In this document: positions 46,892-55,794 of the stretch, one piece after another
How the letters are laid out: each line of letters begins with the position of its first letter
Position numbering within the stretch: the stretch's first letter is position 1
NCBI GenBank assembly: GCA_005799025.1
Contig: SYHX01000055.1
Coordinates: 21,641 to 85,640, forward strand
Source: Bacteroidota bacterium
Lineage (GTDB): Bacteria > Bacteroidota > Bacteroidia > UBA7662
Direction: 5' to 3'
DNA length: 64,000 nt
Program-made: the position numbers and the translations under genes
The notes under the pieces: model-generated
Database searches by the model: none
What the model was told of the DNA's origin: nothing
Seen by the model: only the letters and a program-made list of their open reading frames with translations

Positions 46892-48085
46892 TTATTCGGC
46901 TGCAATATGCAGATATTCTTCGACGTGATCGGCCAAGTCCATGGCCTTTTTAAGATCCGAGCGGACAATGGTGACATGACCCATTTTGCGGTAAGGGCGA
47001 GTTTCGGCTTTGCCGTAAAGATGAACAAAAACACCAGGCAGAGAGAGGATGCGTTCCATGCCTTGGTAAACCGCTGGTCCAACGGACCCAGGCGATCCAA
47101 CCAAATTAACCATAACGGCCGAGGAGCGCAGAGAGGTATCCCCCAAGGGCAGGCCCATAACCGCCCTAATATGCTGCTCAAATTGGGAGCAATAAGCGGC
47201 CTCAATGGTATAATGTCCTGAATTATGTGGTCGAGGCGCTGATTCGTTCACCCAAAGACGGCCCTGGGTATCCATCAAAAACTCCACCGCCAAGACCCCG
47301 ACAGTTCCTAGCCCCTCGGCCACCGCCACAGCCATTTCCTGAGCCTGATTTTGCAATTGGGGAGGCAGCCAAGACTCGATAGCCTCTACAGATCCCGCCA
47401 TAACACGTTTTACCAAATTTGCTTGGGAATCAAATTGCATGAGGCAAGGACTGTAACAACGAATGTTACCTTTTCGATCCCGAACGGTCAAGACCGCTAA
47501 TTCCAAAGCAATATCAATTTTTTGTTCAACGAGGCAAGGCCTATCAGTAACTTCCTTGGCATCTGCCAAGGAATGCAAAGTTCGTACCCCTTTGCCATCG
47601 TATCCGCCTTGGGCAGATTTCCAAACAACAGGCTTTTGAGGAAAATCAACAAAAATTTCATCGGAACTCATCAAGAAGTTGAGCAAAGCCTCTTTTCCTT
47701 CCAAAGCGCGGTAAGGTGCGGTCGGCAAGCCCAGACGATCGTAGTAGGCTTTTTGGGTGATTTTGTTTTGAAGCAGGGCCAAGGTTTCAGAGCTGTGCCA
47801 AACTTCCTTGCCCTCCTCCGCCAAACGAGCCAATGCACCAGCATGGACGGCTTCTAATTCATAGGTTAACACATCGCAACCGCGGCCAAAAGCCAGTACG
47901 GTCTCCTCGTTTGTCAAAGAACCTACAACCGTGGAAGGAAAGCGAGCGGCCACTGGTGCCTCAGGGTCAGGATCCATAAATCTAGCCTTGATCCCTAAAC
48001 GATGTAGTGGGTCTAGCATCATGCTCCCCAACTGTCCGCCCCCCAAAATTCCTAAAACCGTTTGTCGCATTGGTTGCTGGCTCAT
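46892..48085 (-). CDS. purK: N5-carboxyaminoimidazole ribonucleotide synthase
   Basis: ATP-grasp enzyme with N-terminal ILGGGQLGSMM and a PurK-like core. The start was chosen at the ATG at 48085 (MSQQPMRQTV); the track start is TTG at 48136. Confidence 0.9.
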   Translation of the reverse strand: MSQQPMRQTVLGILGGGQLGSMMLDPLHRLGIKARFMDPDPEAPVAARFPSTVVGSLTNEETVLAFGRGCDVLTYELEAVHAGALARLAEEGKEVWHSSETLALLQNKITQKAYYDRLGLPTAPYRALEGKEALLNFLMSSDEIFVDFPQKPVVWKSAQGGYDGKGVRTLHSLADAKEVTDRPCLVEQKIDIALELAVLTVRDRKGNIRCYSPCLMQFDSQANLVKRVMAGSVEAIESWLPPQLQNQAQEMAVAVAEGLGTVGVLAVEFLMDTQGRLWVNESAPRPHNSGHYTIEAAYCSQFEQHIRAVMGLPLGDTSLRSSAVMVNLVGSPGSVGPAVYQGMERILSLPGVFVHLYGKAETRPYRKMGHVTIVRSDLKKAMDLADHVEEYLHIAAE

Positions 48086-48159
48086 GAGAATCAAGCTGTT
48101 AGGGAAACCCAAGGCCAAAACGATATCATACCTCAAAATTAACCTATTTTAGCCGAGCG

Positions 48160-48972
48160 ATGGAACGTGTCCGCCCCAAAAAGAAATTAGGTCAACATTT
48201 TTTGACCAATGTCCACCTTGCCGAGAAGGTGGCACTATCCTTGACCGGTTGGGGCAACTATACCCATCTCTTGGAAATAGGGCCTGGCACTGGGCAATTG
48301 ACCCAACACCTTCGCCGACTCCCCTACCGCTTGTGGCTGGCCGAAGTTGACCAAGAGTCCATTCAATACCTCCTTGCGCATCAACTCGCCGAACCCGAAC
48401 AGTTGGTTGGTGATTTTCTTCGTTGGACGCCTACACCCTGCTCGGATCAAATTGGTCAAGCTTGTTGGGGGGTGGTCGGGAATTTTCCTTACCATATCAG
48501 CACCGAAATCGTTTTCAAAGTCCTGGAACACCACCAGCTTATCGGGGACTGTGTCGGCATGTTTCAGCGAGAAGTCGCTCAGCGAATTTGTTCACCCCAC
48601 GGCAGCAAAGTCTATGGCATAACCAGCGTTTTGACCCAAGCCTTTTTTGAGGCCGAGTATCTTTTTACGGTCAACGAAGGGTCCTTCTTTCCTCCACCTA
48701 AAGTCAAGTCCGGGGTCCTTCGCCTCAAAAATCGCTGGAATCCGCCGTCCTGTGATCACCGTTTGTTTTTTAGAGTGGTCAAGGCCGCATTTAATCAACG
48801 ACGCAAAATGTTATCGAATGCCTTGAGTCAAGTTTTACCAGAAGGATTTGAAGATCGGATGAAGATCCTTCATCTTCGTGCCGAGCAACTCCCCGTTCAG
48901 ACCTTTGTAGAGCTCACGTTGGCCATCCAAGAAGTGCTTTCCTTCGAAGGTAAAACAATACTTAAATCATGA
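48160..48972 (+). CDS. rsmA: 16S rRNA (adenine1518/1519-N6)-dimethyltransferase
   Basis: KKKLGQHFLTNVHLAEKV with SAM motif I (LLEIGPGTGQLTQHL) and NFPYHISTEIV (the NxPY catalytic motif). Confidence 0.9.
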   Translation: MERVRPKKKLGQHFLTNVHLAEKVALSLTGWGNYTHLLEIGPGTGQLTQHLRRLPYRLWLAEVDQESIQYLLAHQLAEPEQLVGDFLRWTPTPCSDQIGQACWGVVGNFPYHISTEIVFKVLEHHQLIGDCVGMFQREVAQRICSPHGSKVYGITSVLTQAFFEAEYLFTVNEGSFFPPPKVKSGVLRLKNRWNPPSCDHRLFFRVVKAAFNQRRKMLSNALSQVLPEGFEDRMKILHLRAEQLPVQTFVELTLAIQEVLSFEGKTILKS

Positions 48973-49937
48973 TATTTCAGCGTATTATGATTCTGGATGA
49001 GGTCCATCCATGGCTCCAAGAAAAGTTGCTGGAAAATGATTTTTGCGAAATTTTGGATTATGCCAAGGCTGGTCATGAAGAAATTATCGGAAGACTTTGT
49101 CAAACCGAGAAACCGGTGCACGGATTGGTCGTTCGGTCCAAAATGAAACTAGACGAGCAGGTTCTCGATGGTGCCAAAGCTTTGCAGTGGATTGCTCGGG
49201 CCGGCTCGGGGCAGGATGGGATTGATACCGAATTTACTCAAAAAAATAACATCACCTTGATTCACGCCTCCGAAGGTAATTGTCTGGCCGTCGCCGAACA
49301 TGTGACGGGCATGATTTTGGCTTGGCTCAATCGCCTTGTCTCGGGCCATCATCAAATCCAACAAGGGATTTGGGACAGGGAAGGAAATCGGGGACTTCAA
49401 TTAGCAGGTACCACGGTGGGCCTGATCGGTTATGGTCATAACGGATCCCAAACGGCTCGACTTTTGGCAGCCCTGGGTTGCAAAGTCCTCGTATACGACA
49501 AATACCTTCACGACTACGCCCCTAGCGATCTCCCCCAGGTTCTGGAATCCAACATGGACGAAATTTATCAAGAGGCTCAGATCCTCACCCTGCATGCCCC
49601 GCTTACCGATGATACCCGCAACCTGGTACAGCGGGACTATTTGGCTCGTTTTCGTAGGCTGAAGCTCTTGGTCAATGCCGCAAGGGGACCAATCGTTCAC
49701 ATGCCTGACCTTTTGTTGGCCTTGGACCAACATCACTTGGAGGGTGCCTGCCTAGACACCTTACCCATCGAAGACCCCCAACGCTGGGACCAAGAAATCA
49801 TGAATAAAATCCTTGCTCATCCTCGCATCATAATCAGTCCACACGTGGCGGGTTGGACTTGTGAATCCTATCGCGATATATCGGAAGTCCTTGCCCAAAA
49901 AATCCTTGCCCATCTCAAGCAACATGACCCAGGCTAA
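48969..49937 (+). CDS. D-isomer-specific 2-hydroxyacid dehydrogenase family protein (phosphoglycerate/erythronate-4-P dehydrogenase-like)
   Basis: Rossmann GxGxxG in GTTVGLIGYGHNGSQTARLLAALGCKVLVYD, with catalytic R/E/H positions (NAARGPIV...SPHVAGWT). Its ATG overlaps the rsmA stop (ATGA). Confidence 0.8.
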   Translation: MIFQRIMILDEVHPWLQEKLLENDFCEILDYAKAGHEEIIGRLCQTEKPVHGLVVRSKMKLDEQVLDGAKALQWIARAGSGQDGIDTEFTQKNNITLIHASEGNCLAVAEHVTGMILAWLNRLVSGHHQIQQGIWDREGNRGLQLAGTTVGLIGYGHNGSQTARLLAALGCKVLVYDKYLHDYAPSDLPQVLESNMDEIYQEAQILTLHAPLTDDTRNLVQRDYLARFRRLKLLVNAARGPIVHMPDLLLALDQHHLEGACLDTLPIEDPQRWDQEIMNKILAHPRIIISPHVAGWTCESYRDISEVLAQKILAHLKQHDPG

Positions 49938-49989
49938 GACCCCGTTCAGACACCCGCTTAGGCCTTTATAATTTGTGTAAATTCGTGGT

Positions 49990-50427
49990 ATGTCCGATAC
50001 CCAACGCAACGTTCTCAAAACCAAAGTACATGACGCCGACGTTTTGGCTTTTATTGACTCCTTTGCCTCAACCGACCAAAAACGACAGGACAGCCTCGAC
50101 ATTATCGCGCTCATGTCCAAAGTGAGCGGTTTCCCGCCCAAAATGTGGGGTGCAAGCATGATCGGCTTTGGCGCCTATCATTACAAATCCGAAAAAAGCC
50201 GACAAGAGGGAGATTGGTTCCTGTTGGGATTTTCCCCCCGTAAGGCCGCCATATCCCTCTACGTGTACACAGGTTCTCCTGAGCATGCCAGCCTTCTGGA
50301 AGGATTGGGCAAATTCAAAGCCGCCAAAGCCTGCTTGCACATCCAAAAATTAGCCGATATTGACCAGGCCGTGTTGACCAAGCTCATGAAAACGACCATT
50401 GCTTTTCTCCAAAAAAAGTACCCTTAG
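49990..50427 (+). CDS. DUF1801 (YdhG/YdeI-like) domain protein
   Basis: A 145-aa protein matching the pattern VLAFIDSFASTDQKRQDSLDIIALMSKVSGFPPKMWGASMIGFGAYHYKSEKSRQEGDWFLLGFSPRKAAISLYV, typical of DUF1801. Confidence 0.6.
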   Translation: MSDTQRNVLKTKVHDADVLAFIDSFASTDQKRQDSLDIIALMSKVSGFPPKMWGASMIGFGAYHYKSEKSRQEGDWFLLGFSPRKAAISLYVYTGSPEHASLLEGLGKFKAAKACLHIQKLADIDQAVLTKLMKTTIAFLQKKYP

Positions 50428-50431
50428 CGCA

Positions 50432-52000
50432 ATGCCTTTAACCGTGAAAGCTAATTTTTGGCCTATTTACTTCTTCGTAGGTCATCTGTTGTTATGCTAT
50501 GTAAATATAAGCAAGGCTCAAATGCCTGCGGGGCGTATTCTTGCAGGGTATTATCATAATTGGAATACCGCATCTGCACCTCATGTACCTCTGGATCAAT
50601 CCCATAATGCGTACAATCTTATTCATGTCGCCTTTGCCACTCCAATTCCCGGAACTTTGTACAAAATGGAATTCAATCCAGTAATGTACAATCCTACAAA
50701 TTTCAAAACTCAAATTCAAACGGTACAAGCCGCTGGCAAAAAGGTATTCATTAGCCTTGGAGGGGGTCTACACCCGGTGCGCATGGTGAATCTTGCCCAA
50801 AAAGACACCTTTGTAAATACCATATCCGCTATTTTGGATTATTACGGATTTGATGGTATCGATATTGATTTTGAGGGAACTTCGTTATTGGCCGCTGGTA
50901 ATAACATCAACCAACCTGCAGATTCCGGTGCCCATTACCTCATTCGCGCAATCCGACAACTTATGGAGCGTCATCGCAACATATATCAGCGAAAGTTAGG
51001 CCTCACGATGGCTCCAGAAACAGCTTTTGTTCAGGGCGGTATGGCCGCGTATGGAGGTATTTGGGGAGCATATCTACCCGTTATTCAAGCACTTAGAGAT
51101 TCGTTGGACCTTATGCAGGTACAACTCTACAATTCTGGTACTATGCCAGCGCTTAATGGTCAGAACTATGCAGCAGGTACCGCAGATTTTATTGTGGCCC
51201 TCTCAGAGGCTTTAATTAGGGGATTCCAAACCTCAGGGGGCTTGTTTCTTGGCCTGCGACCCCAGCAAATTGCTGTTGGTCTCCCCGCCTGTCCTATGGC
51301 GGCAGGTTCAGGCTATACCGATACCACCACGGTAGGTGCTGCAATGCGTTATTTGTTAGGAAGAGGCCCACGAACCGGACAATATATTTTAATCCAGAAC
51401 GGCGGTTATCCTCAACTGGGTGGGATGATGACATGGAGCATCCCTTGGGATGCTACGGCATCATGTGCAGTCCCCTATGAATTTGCACATCAATTTCAGC
51501 GGATTTTTTCATTATCACCTCCGGTTTTTGGTAGAACCCTGTATGCCAATAGTGCTCTAACCCCCTTATCTAATACAAGTATTCGTCTTGTGCAACAAAA
51601 CCTTGCCTTTGCTTCAGATACTACAGATTTTATGGGAAATTTTGATTTAGGATATATTACTCCTGGTTCTTATGGTATTGAATACCGAACATCCGTGCTT
51701 TGGGGCGGAGTCAATGCAACAGATGCATTGTTAACTGCCAGGCATTTCAGTAACATTTCTCTGTTGAACGGGATTCATCTGCAAGCGGCGGACGTCAACG
51801 CTTCAGGAACCGTGAATGCTACCGATGCCCTGACGATATCCCGCAGATTTTCCAATTTGATTCCTAATTTTCCGGCAGGCGACTGGCTATGGGAAAACAG
51901 AACCCTCCTGGTAGGACCTGGTGGAAATTACCAGAATTTAGTATGGCGCGGACTTACCTTTGGAGATGTCAATGGGTCGTATATTCCAAACGCATTATAA
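50432..52000 (+). CDS. Glycoside hydrolase family 18 (chitinase-like) with C-terminal CarboxypepD_reg-like and dockerin-like module
   Basis: Signal peptide (…CYVNISKAQ) followed by the GH18 catalytic motif in YYGFDGIDIDFEG (DxxDxDxE). The C-terminus reads DTTDFMGNFDLGYITPGSYGIEY...WGGVNATDALLTARHF....ADVNASGTVNATDALTISRRF...GDVNGSYIPNAL. Confidence 0.8.
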   Translation: MPLTVKANFWPIYFFVGHLLLCYVNISKAQMPAGRILAGYYHNWNTASAPHVPLDQSHNAYNLIHVAFATPIPGTLYKMEFNPVMYNPTNFKTQIQTVQAAGKKVFISLGGGLHPVRMVNLAQKDTFVNTISAILDYYGFDGIDIDFEGTSLLAAGNNINQPADSGAHYLIRAIRQLMERHRNIYQRKLGLTMAPETAFVQGGMAAYGGIWGAYLPVIQALRDSLDLMQVQLYNSGTMPALNGQNYAAGTADFIVALSEALIRGFQTSGGLFLGLRPQQIAVGLPACPMAAGSGYTDTTTVGAAMRYLLGRGPRTGQYILIQNGGYPQLGGMMTWSIPWDATASCAVPYEFAHQFQRIFSLSPPVFGRTLYANSALTPLSNTSIRLVQQNLAFASDTTDFMGNFDLGYITPGSYGIEYRTSVLWGGVNATDALLTARHFSNISLLNGIHLQAADVNASGTVNATDALTISRRFSNLIPNFPAGDWLWENRTLLVGPGGNYQNLVWRGLTFGDVNGSYIPNAL

Positions 52001-52011
52001 TTTTAGGTCAT

Positions 52012-53067
52012 ATGAAATACGATTTTCTTAAACAAAATCCTCGGACTTACGCCTACGCCTTGACCCTAGTTCCCGGGCTCATCACCCTGTGGGGGAATAC
52101 ATCAGCAGGCGCTTGGGCTTGGTCCAATGTCGTCTTCGTTCTGGTCATCGTGAATTCCCTCGAATGGGTTTTGGGACAACGCCGTAACAACGAAACGGTG
52201 ACCGAAACCGCCTTGCCTGACCTGTATTTATTCCTGGCCCTTCCTATGGTGGTGGCTGGGATCATGACCTTGTTATGGGGAACGTACACCGGGGTTTTGA
52301 AGGGAACTGCTCTGCTAGGCGCTGTGTTGTCCACGGGTTTTTCGAGCGGGTCTATGGGCATTGTTGCGGCCCACGAAATGATTCACCGCAAGGAGAAAAT
52401 TTGGAAAAGGGCAGGAGACTTTCTCTTGTTTTTGGTGATGAATACCTACTTTGCCATCGACCATCTGCGCGTTCATCATCGGCATGTGGCAACCCCCTTA
52501 GACCATGCCTCTGCCCATTACGGCGAACATTTTTATGCTTTTCTAATTCGAAGCATCCGGGGTCAATGGATGCAATCTCTTGAATCGGAGGCAGAAAGAC
52601 TACGCAAGGCGGGTCAAACACCCTACGGGATCGGGAATGCCATGATTCGTAACACATTGATGCATACCTCTTTGGTCGTCGGATTAGCCTTGATTCACCC
52701 AATATTGGCCTTGGCTTTTGTGGGGCAGGCTTTGTTTGCTGATCTTTTGTTGGAATACACCAATTATATCGAGCATTATGGTTTGGAGCGAGGGGTAAAC
52801 GAAAGAGTGCGGGCCCATCACTCCTGGCAAAGCGATAAGCCTTTTAGCCGATTCATGCTCTACGACTTGAGCCGGCATGCCGATCATCACATGTTCGGGG
52901 GCAAACCCTTTTATCAACTCAAAACCCACGAGGATGGCCCAACTTTACCGGGTGGATATGCCGGTTTGATCATCCCTGTTTTGATACCGCCCCTTTGGTT
53001 TACGATGATTCATCCCAAAATCAAAACCTTTCATGCCCAAAGGCAACTTACCTCTACCTCGCCTTAA
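52012..53067 (+). CDS. AlkB-type integral-membrane alkane 1-monooxygenase / fatty-acid-desaturase-superfamily hydroxylase
   Basis: All four AlkB histidine boxes are present: AAHEMIHRKE, IDHLRVHHRHVATP, NYIEHYGLERG and LSRHADHHMF. It also has multiple TM helices. The ATG is at 52012. Confidence 0.85.
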   Translation: MKYDFLKQNPRTYAYALTLVPGLITLWGNTSAGAWAWSNVVFVLVIVNSLEWVLGQRRNNETVTETALPDLYLFLALPMVVAGIMTLLWGTYTGVLKGTALLGAVLSTGFSSGSMGIVAAHEMIHRKEKIWKRAGDFLLFLVMNTYFAIDHLRVHHRHVATPLDHASAHYGEHFYAFLIRSIRGQWMQSLESEAERLRKAGQTPYGIGNAMIRNTLMHTSLVVGLALIHPILALAFVGQALFADLLLEYTNYIEHYGLERGVNERVRAHHSWQSDKPFSRFMLYDLSRHADHHMFGGKPFYQLKTHEDGPTLPGGYAGLIIPVLIPPLWFTMIHPKIKTFHAQRQLTSTSP

Positions 53068-53075
53068 CTTCTCCC

Positions 53076-53888
53076 ATGGGCTTTATCAAAAACATGTACC
53101 GCAGCCTTCTGGGCGGACCCTCTTTTCGAAAATTCAACGAGCATCTCATCCAATGGGCTTATACAGGGCTGGGGGTGGGCAATTACGAGAGCGATAGAAT
53201 CAGCGGTGAGCTTCCCTTTATACAGCAACATCTTAACCCTAAGTGCTATGCTTCGGGCATCGTATTGGACGTTGGGGCGAACATTGGCCACTATGCCACA
53301 GCATTGCATCAGGTCAACCCCTCGCTTGAAATTCTTGCCTTCGAACCGCACCCACGGACCTTTGAGGTCTTACAAAGAAATACGACATCCAATCCACAGA
53401 TTCGCTGCTTTCCTTTTGGCTTCGGACATGAACAAGGGGCGCCTATATTATTCGACCACGGCGGTGAAGAAGGTACTGAGCACGCATCATTGCACCAAGG
53501 CGCTTTGTTGCACGCTGGATACGTCAAGGAAGAAACACAGACTGTTCAAATACAACTCGACACCATTGACCATTTCCTTGAAGCCCAAGGAATCGATCGT
53601 GTTTTGTTTCTCAAAATAGACACCGAAGGCCATGAATACGCCGTCCTCCAAGGGGCCAAACAAGCCCTGCAAGAGGGCAGAATTCAATGGATTCAGTTCG
53701 AATTCAATGAAATGAATATAGCTTCCAGGGTTTTCTTCAAAGACATCTGGGATTTACTCAGCGATTATCGTCTTTTCCGACTTACACCGCACGGACTAAT
53801 GCCTATACATCGGTATTCCGTGGCAGAATGCGAGGTCTTTCGCTTTCAGAATTTTGTGGCGGCACACTCTACGGTTGTCATGCCTTAA
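53076..53888 (+). CDS. FkbM family SAM-dependent methyltransferase
   Basis: VLDVGANIGHYATAL (SAM motif I) and LFLKIDTEGHEYAVLQGAKQAL..IQFEFNE, characteristic of FkbM-family methyltransferases. Confidence 0.8.
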   Translation: MGFIKNMYRSLLGGPSFRKFNEHLIQWAYTGLGVGNYESDRISGELPFIQQHLNPKCYASGIVLDVGANIGHYATALHQVNPSLEILAFEPHPRTFEVLQRNTTSNPQIRCFPFGFGHEQGAPILFDHGGEEGTEHASLHQGALLHAGYVKEETQTVQIQLDTIDHFLEAQGIDRVLFLKIDTEGHEYAVLQGAKQALQEGRIQWIQFEFNEMNIASRVFFKDIWDLLSDYRLFRLTPHGLMPIHRYSVAECEVFRFQNFVAAHSTVVMP

Positions 53889-53909
53889 AAGCTGGGAAAG
53901 AAACCCTCT

Positions 53910-54743
53910 TTAGCGAGTGGGCAGAATGCGCAATCGAAAATAGAGTGTGGCATAAGGCTCTAAGCCTACCTCCGGTAAAGATTTGTTACCATAAGCCGCC
54001 CAAGATGGCAACACAATCCATAGTGAGTCACCTGGAGCACAGGAGGAGAGCAGAGTACCCAATCCTTCCGGCTTGATTTGATCCTGTCCTTGAACGAAAT
54101 AATAGGGCTCTTGCTCCGTGAACTCCCGTATGACTTTGCCATCCAGCGATTGCATGCTGCCTACCAAGCGGTATTTAACTCCGTTTTGAAGGATGTCCGC
54201 CTTGACTTTCTGTAAATTTCCCGATTTTACAGGAAATCGAACAGCTCCCATAGCGGTTCGGCATGAATCGGGTATGCCTTGCTGCAGCATGAACGTGGTA
54301 ATTTCTCCTTCTTCGTTCCTGATACGATGCACCCCAACCTCGAGCCTCAACTTTGAACCCGTAGCTACCCAATCTGGCTTGGGTGTTCCCAAATCAAATT
54401 TGAAAACCGAATCGGAGACCGGATAGAAGCATGCGCTGTCCCCTCTTCCCATCAGGGCCAAACCCTCTTGGATACTCCCTTTGTAGGCGGCCTGGGTGAG
54501 TTGAACCCAGAAGGGCTGACCGCTCGCAGACCCATCGTAAAGGCAGCTATCGCCTGAATAAATACGCATTCTCAACGCCATGAGATCCCCGAATTCAGCC
54601 TTGACCGAAGCGCCTTTTTTGACCCAATAATATTCCAAACCGCCTGCGGTCTTAAGGAGTGGAGGGGTCTTGCCCGATGGGCCTGTCGTACAACTTTGTA
54701 GGGTCGCCACAACCAACATGAATACAAGTAGAATTCTGCGCAT
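53910..54743 (-). CDS. Hypothetical lipoprotein with two FKBP-like beta-domain repeats (possible peptidyl-prolyl isomerase-like)
   Basis: Lipoprotein signal (…ATLQSC). Two repeats carry an FKBP-like pattern (GD.v..h..iY.gD......s...QPf......lG...vI.G..EgL.lMg.GD). The assignment is tentative. Confidence 0.35.
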   Translation of the reverse strand: MRRILLVFMLVVATLQSCTTGPSGKTPPLLKTAGGLEYYWVKKGASVKAEFGDLMALRMRIYSGDSCLYDGSASGQPFWVQLTQAAYKGSIQEGLALMGRGDSACFYPVSDSVFKFDLGTPKPDWVATGSKLRLEVGVHRIRNEEGEITTFMLQQGIPDSCRTAMGAVRFPVKSGNLQKVKADILQNGVKYRLVGSMQSLDGKVIREFTEQEPYYFVQGQDQIKPEGLGTLLSSCAPGDSLWIVLPSWAAYGNKSLPEVGLEPYATLYFRLRILPTR

Positions 54744-54759
54744 GGGGATGAACTAAAAA

Positions 54760-55770
54760 TTACATTAAATGATCCGGTGCGAAGGCCTCCAGCGCTTTGA
54801 GAAAACGGGCTTCGGTTTGTTCCAACGTATCTCCGCTTTGACCGCCTGCGGCATTCAAATGACCACCACCTTCGAAATATTGAATGGCAAAGAGGTTGGC
54901 GGGTACCTTGCCCTTGGATCGGAACGACATTTTGACCTGGACTCCACGGTCAATCATAACCGATGCGAAACGCATACCCTTGAGATTCAGAGCATAATTG
55001 ACCAATCCTTCGGTATCTCCGGTACGGACTCCAAAATCCTTAAGGTCCTGTTGAGGCACCACGATATAGGCAGTATGCCATTCCGGTAAAACCTTCAGGC
55101 GATTCAAAAAGCAATGCCCCAGGAAACGCAGGATCTCCACGGGGGTTTGGTCAAAAATGGCTTCGTGAACCTGAAAATGACGAACCCCCATTTCTTGAAG
55201 TTTGGCTGCCCAACGATGGGTATTGGGCGTGCACGATGGAAAACGGAATGATCCGGTATCGGTCACCAAGCCTGCATAAAGGCAGGTGCCAGCCTCGAGG
55301 CTCACCGCATCCATCCACCCCAATTCATTGCATAAATCCAGAATCAACTCGCATGTGGAGGAGGCCTCTACCTTGTGATAGGAATAATTAGCAAAATCTT
55401 TGGGATAGGGATGATGATCCACCATCAAAATGGGTTTCCCCGATTGCCCGATGATTTCCCCCAATTCATTGTTACGCTTGAGGTCATTGAAGTCGAGACA
55501 GCAAACCAGATCAACCCCTTGGAGTACTGCCAAGGCCTCGTCCTGGCTTTGTTCGTAATCGAGTACCGTCGAACTTCCCGGCATCCAATCAAGAAAGCCG
55601 GGGAAATCGTTGGGCACCACTACGGTCACTTCGTGCCCACGCGATTTGAGCACATGCGCCCATCCTAGTGAAGAGCCAAGGGCGTCGGCATCGGGTTTGT
55701 GATGGGTGGTGATCAAGACGCGAAGCGGTTGACTCAACCCGCTTAACAAGGAATGTAGGTCGTTCGGCAT
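54760..55770 (-). CDS. nrnA: DHH/DHHA1 family phosphoesterase (NrnA-like bifunctional oligoribonuclease / pAp phosphatase)
   Basis: VLITTHHKPDADALGSSLG (DHH motif I), VVPND, LMVDHHPYP (DHH motif) and a C-terminal DHHA1 region (GGGHLNAAGG). The start is at ATG 55770; the longer track ORF would overlap the divergent ABC gene. Confidence 0.8.
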   Translation of the reverse strand: MPNDLHSLLSGLSQPLRVLITTHHKPDADALGSSLGWAHVLKSRGHEVTVVVPNDFPGFLDWMPGSSTVLDYEQSQDEALAVLQGVDLVCCLDFNDLKRNNELGEIIGQSGKPILMVDHHPYPKDFANYSYHKVEASSTCELILDLCNELGWMDAVSLEAGTCLYAGLVTDTGSFRFPSCTPNTHRWAAKLQEMGVRHFQVHEAIFDQTPVEILRFLGHCFLNRLKVLPEWHTAYIVVPQQDLKDFGVRTGDTEGLVNYALNLKGMRFASVMIDRGVQVKMSFRSKGKVPANLFAIQYFEGGGHLNAAGGQSGDTLEQTEARFLKALEAFAPDHLM

Positions 55771-55794
55771 AACTTTGAAACTCAAAGATACCCT

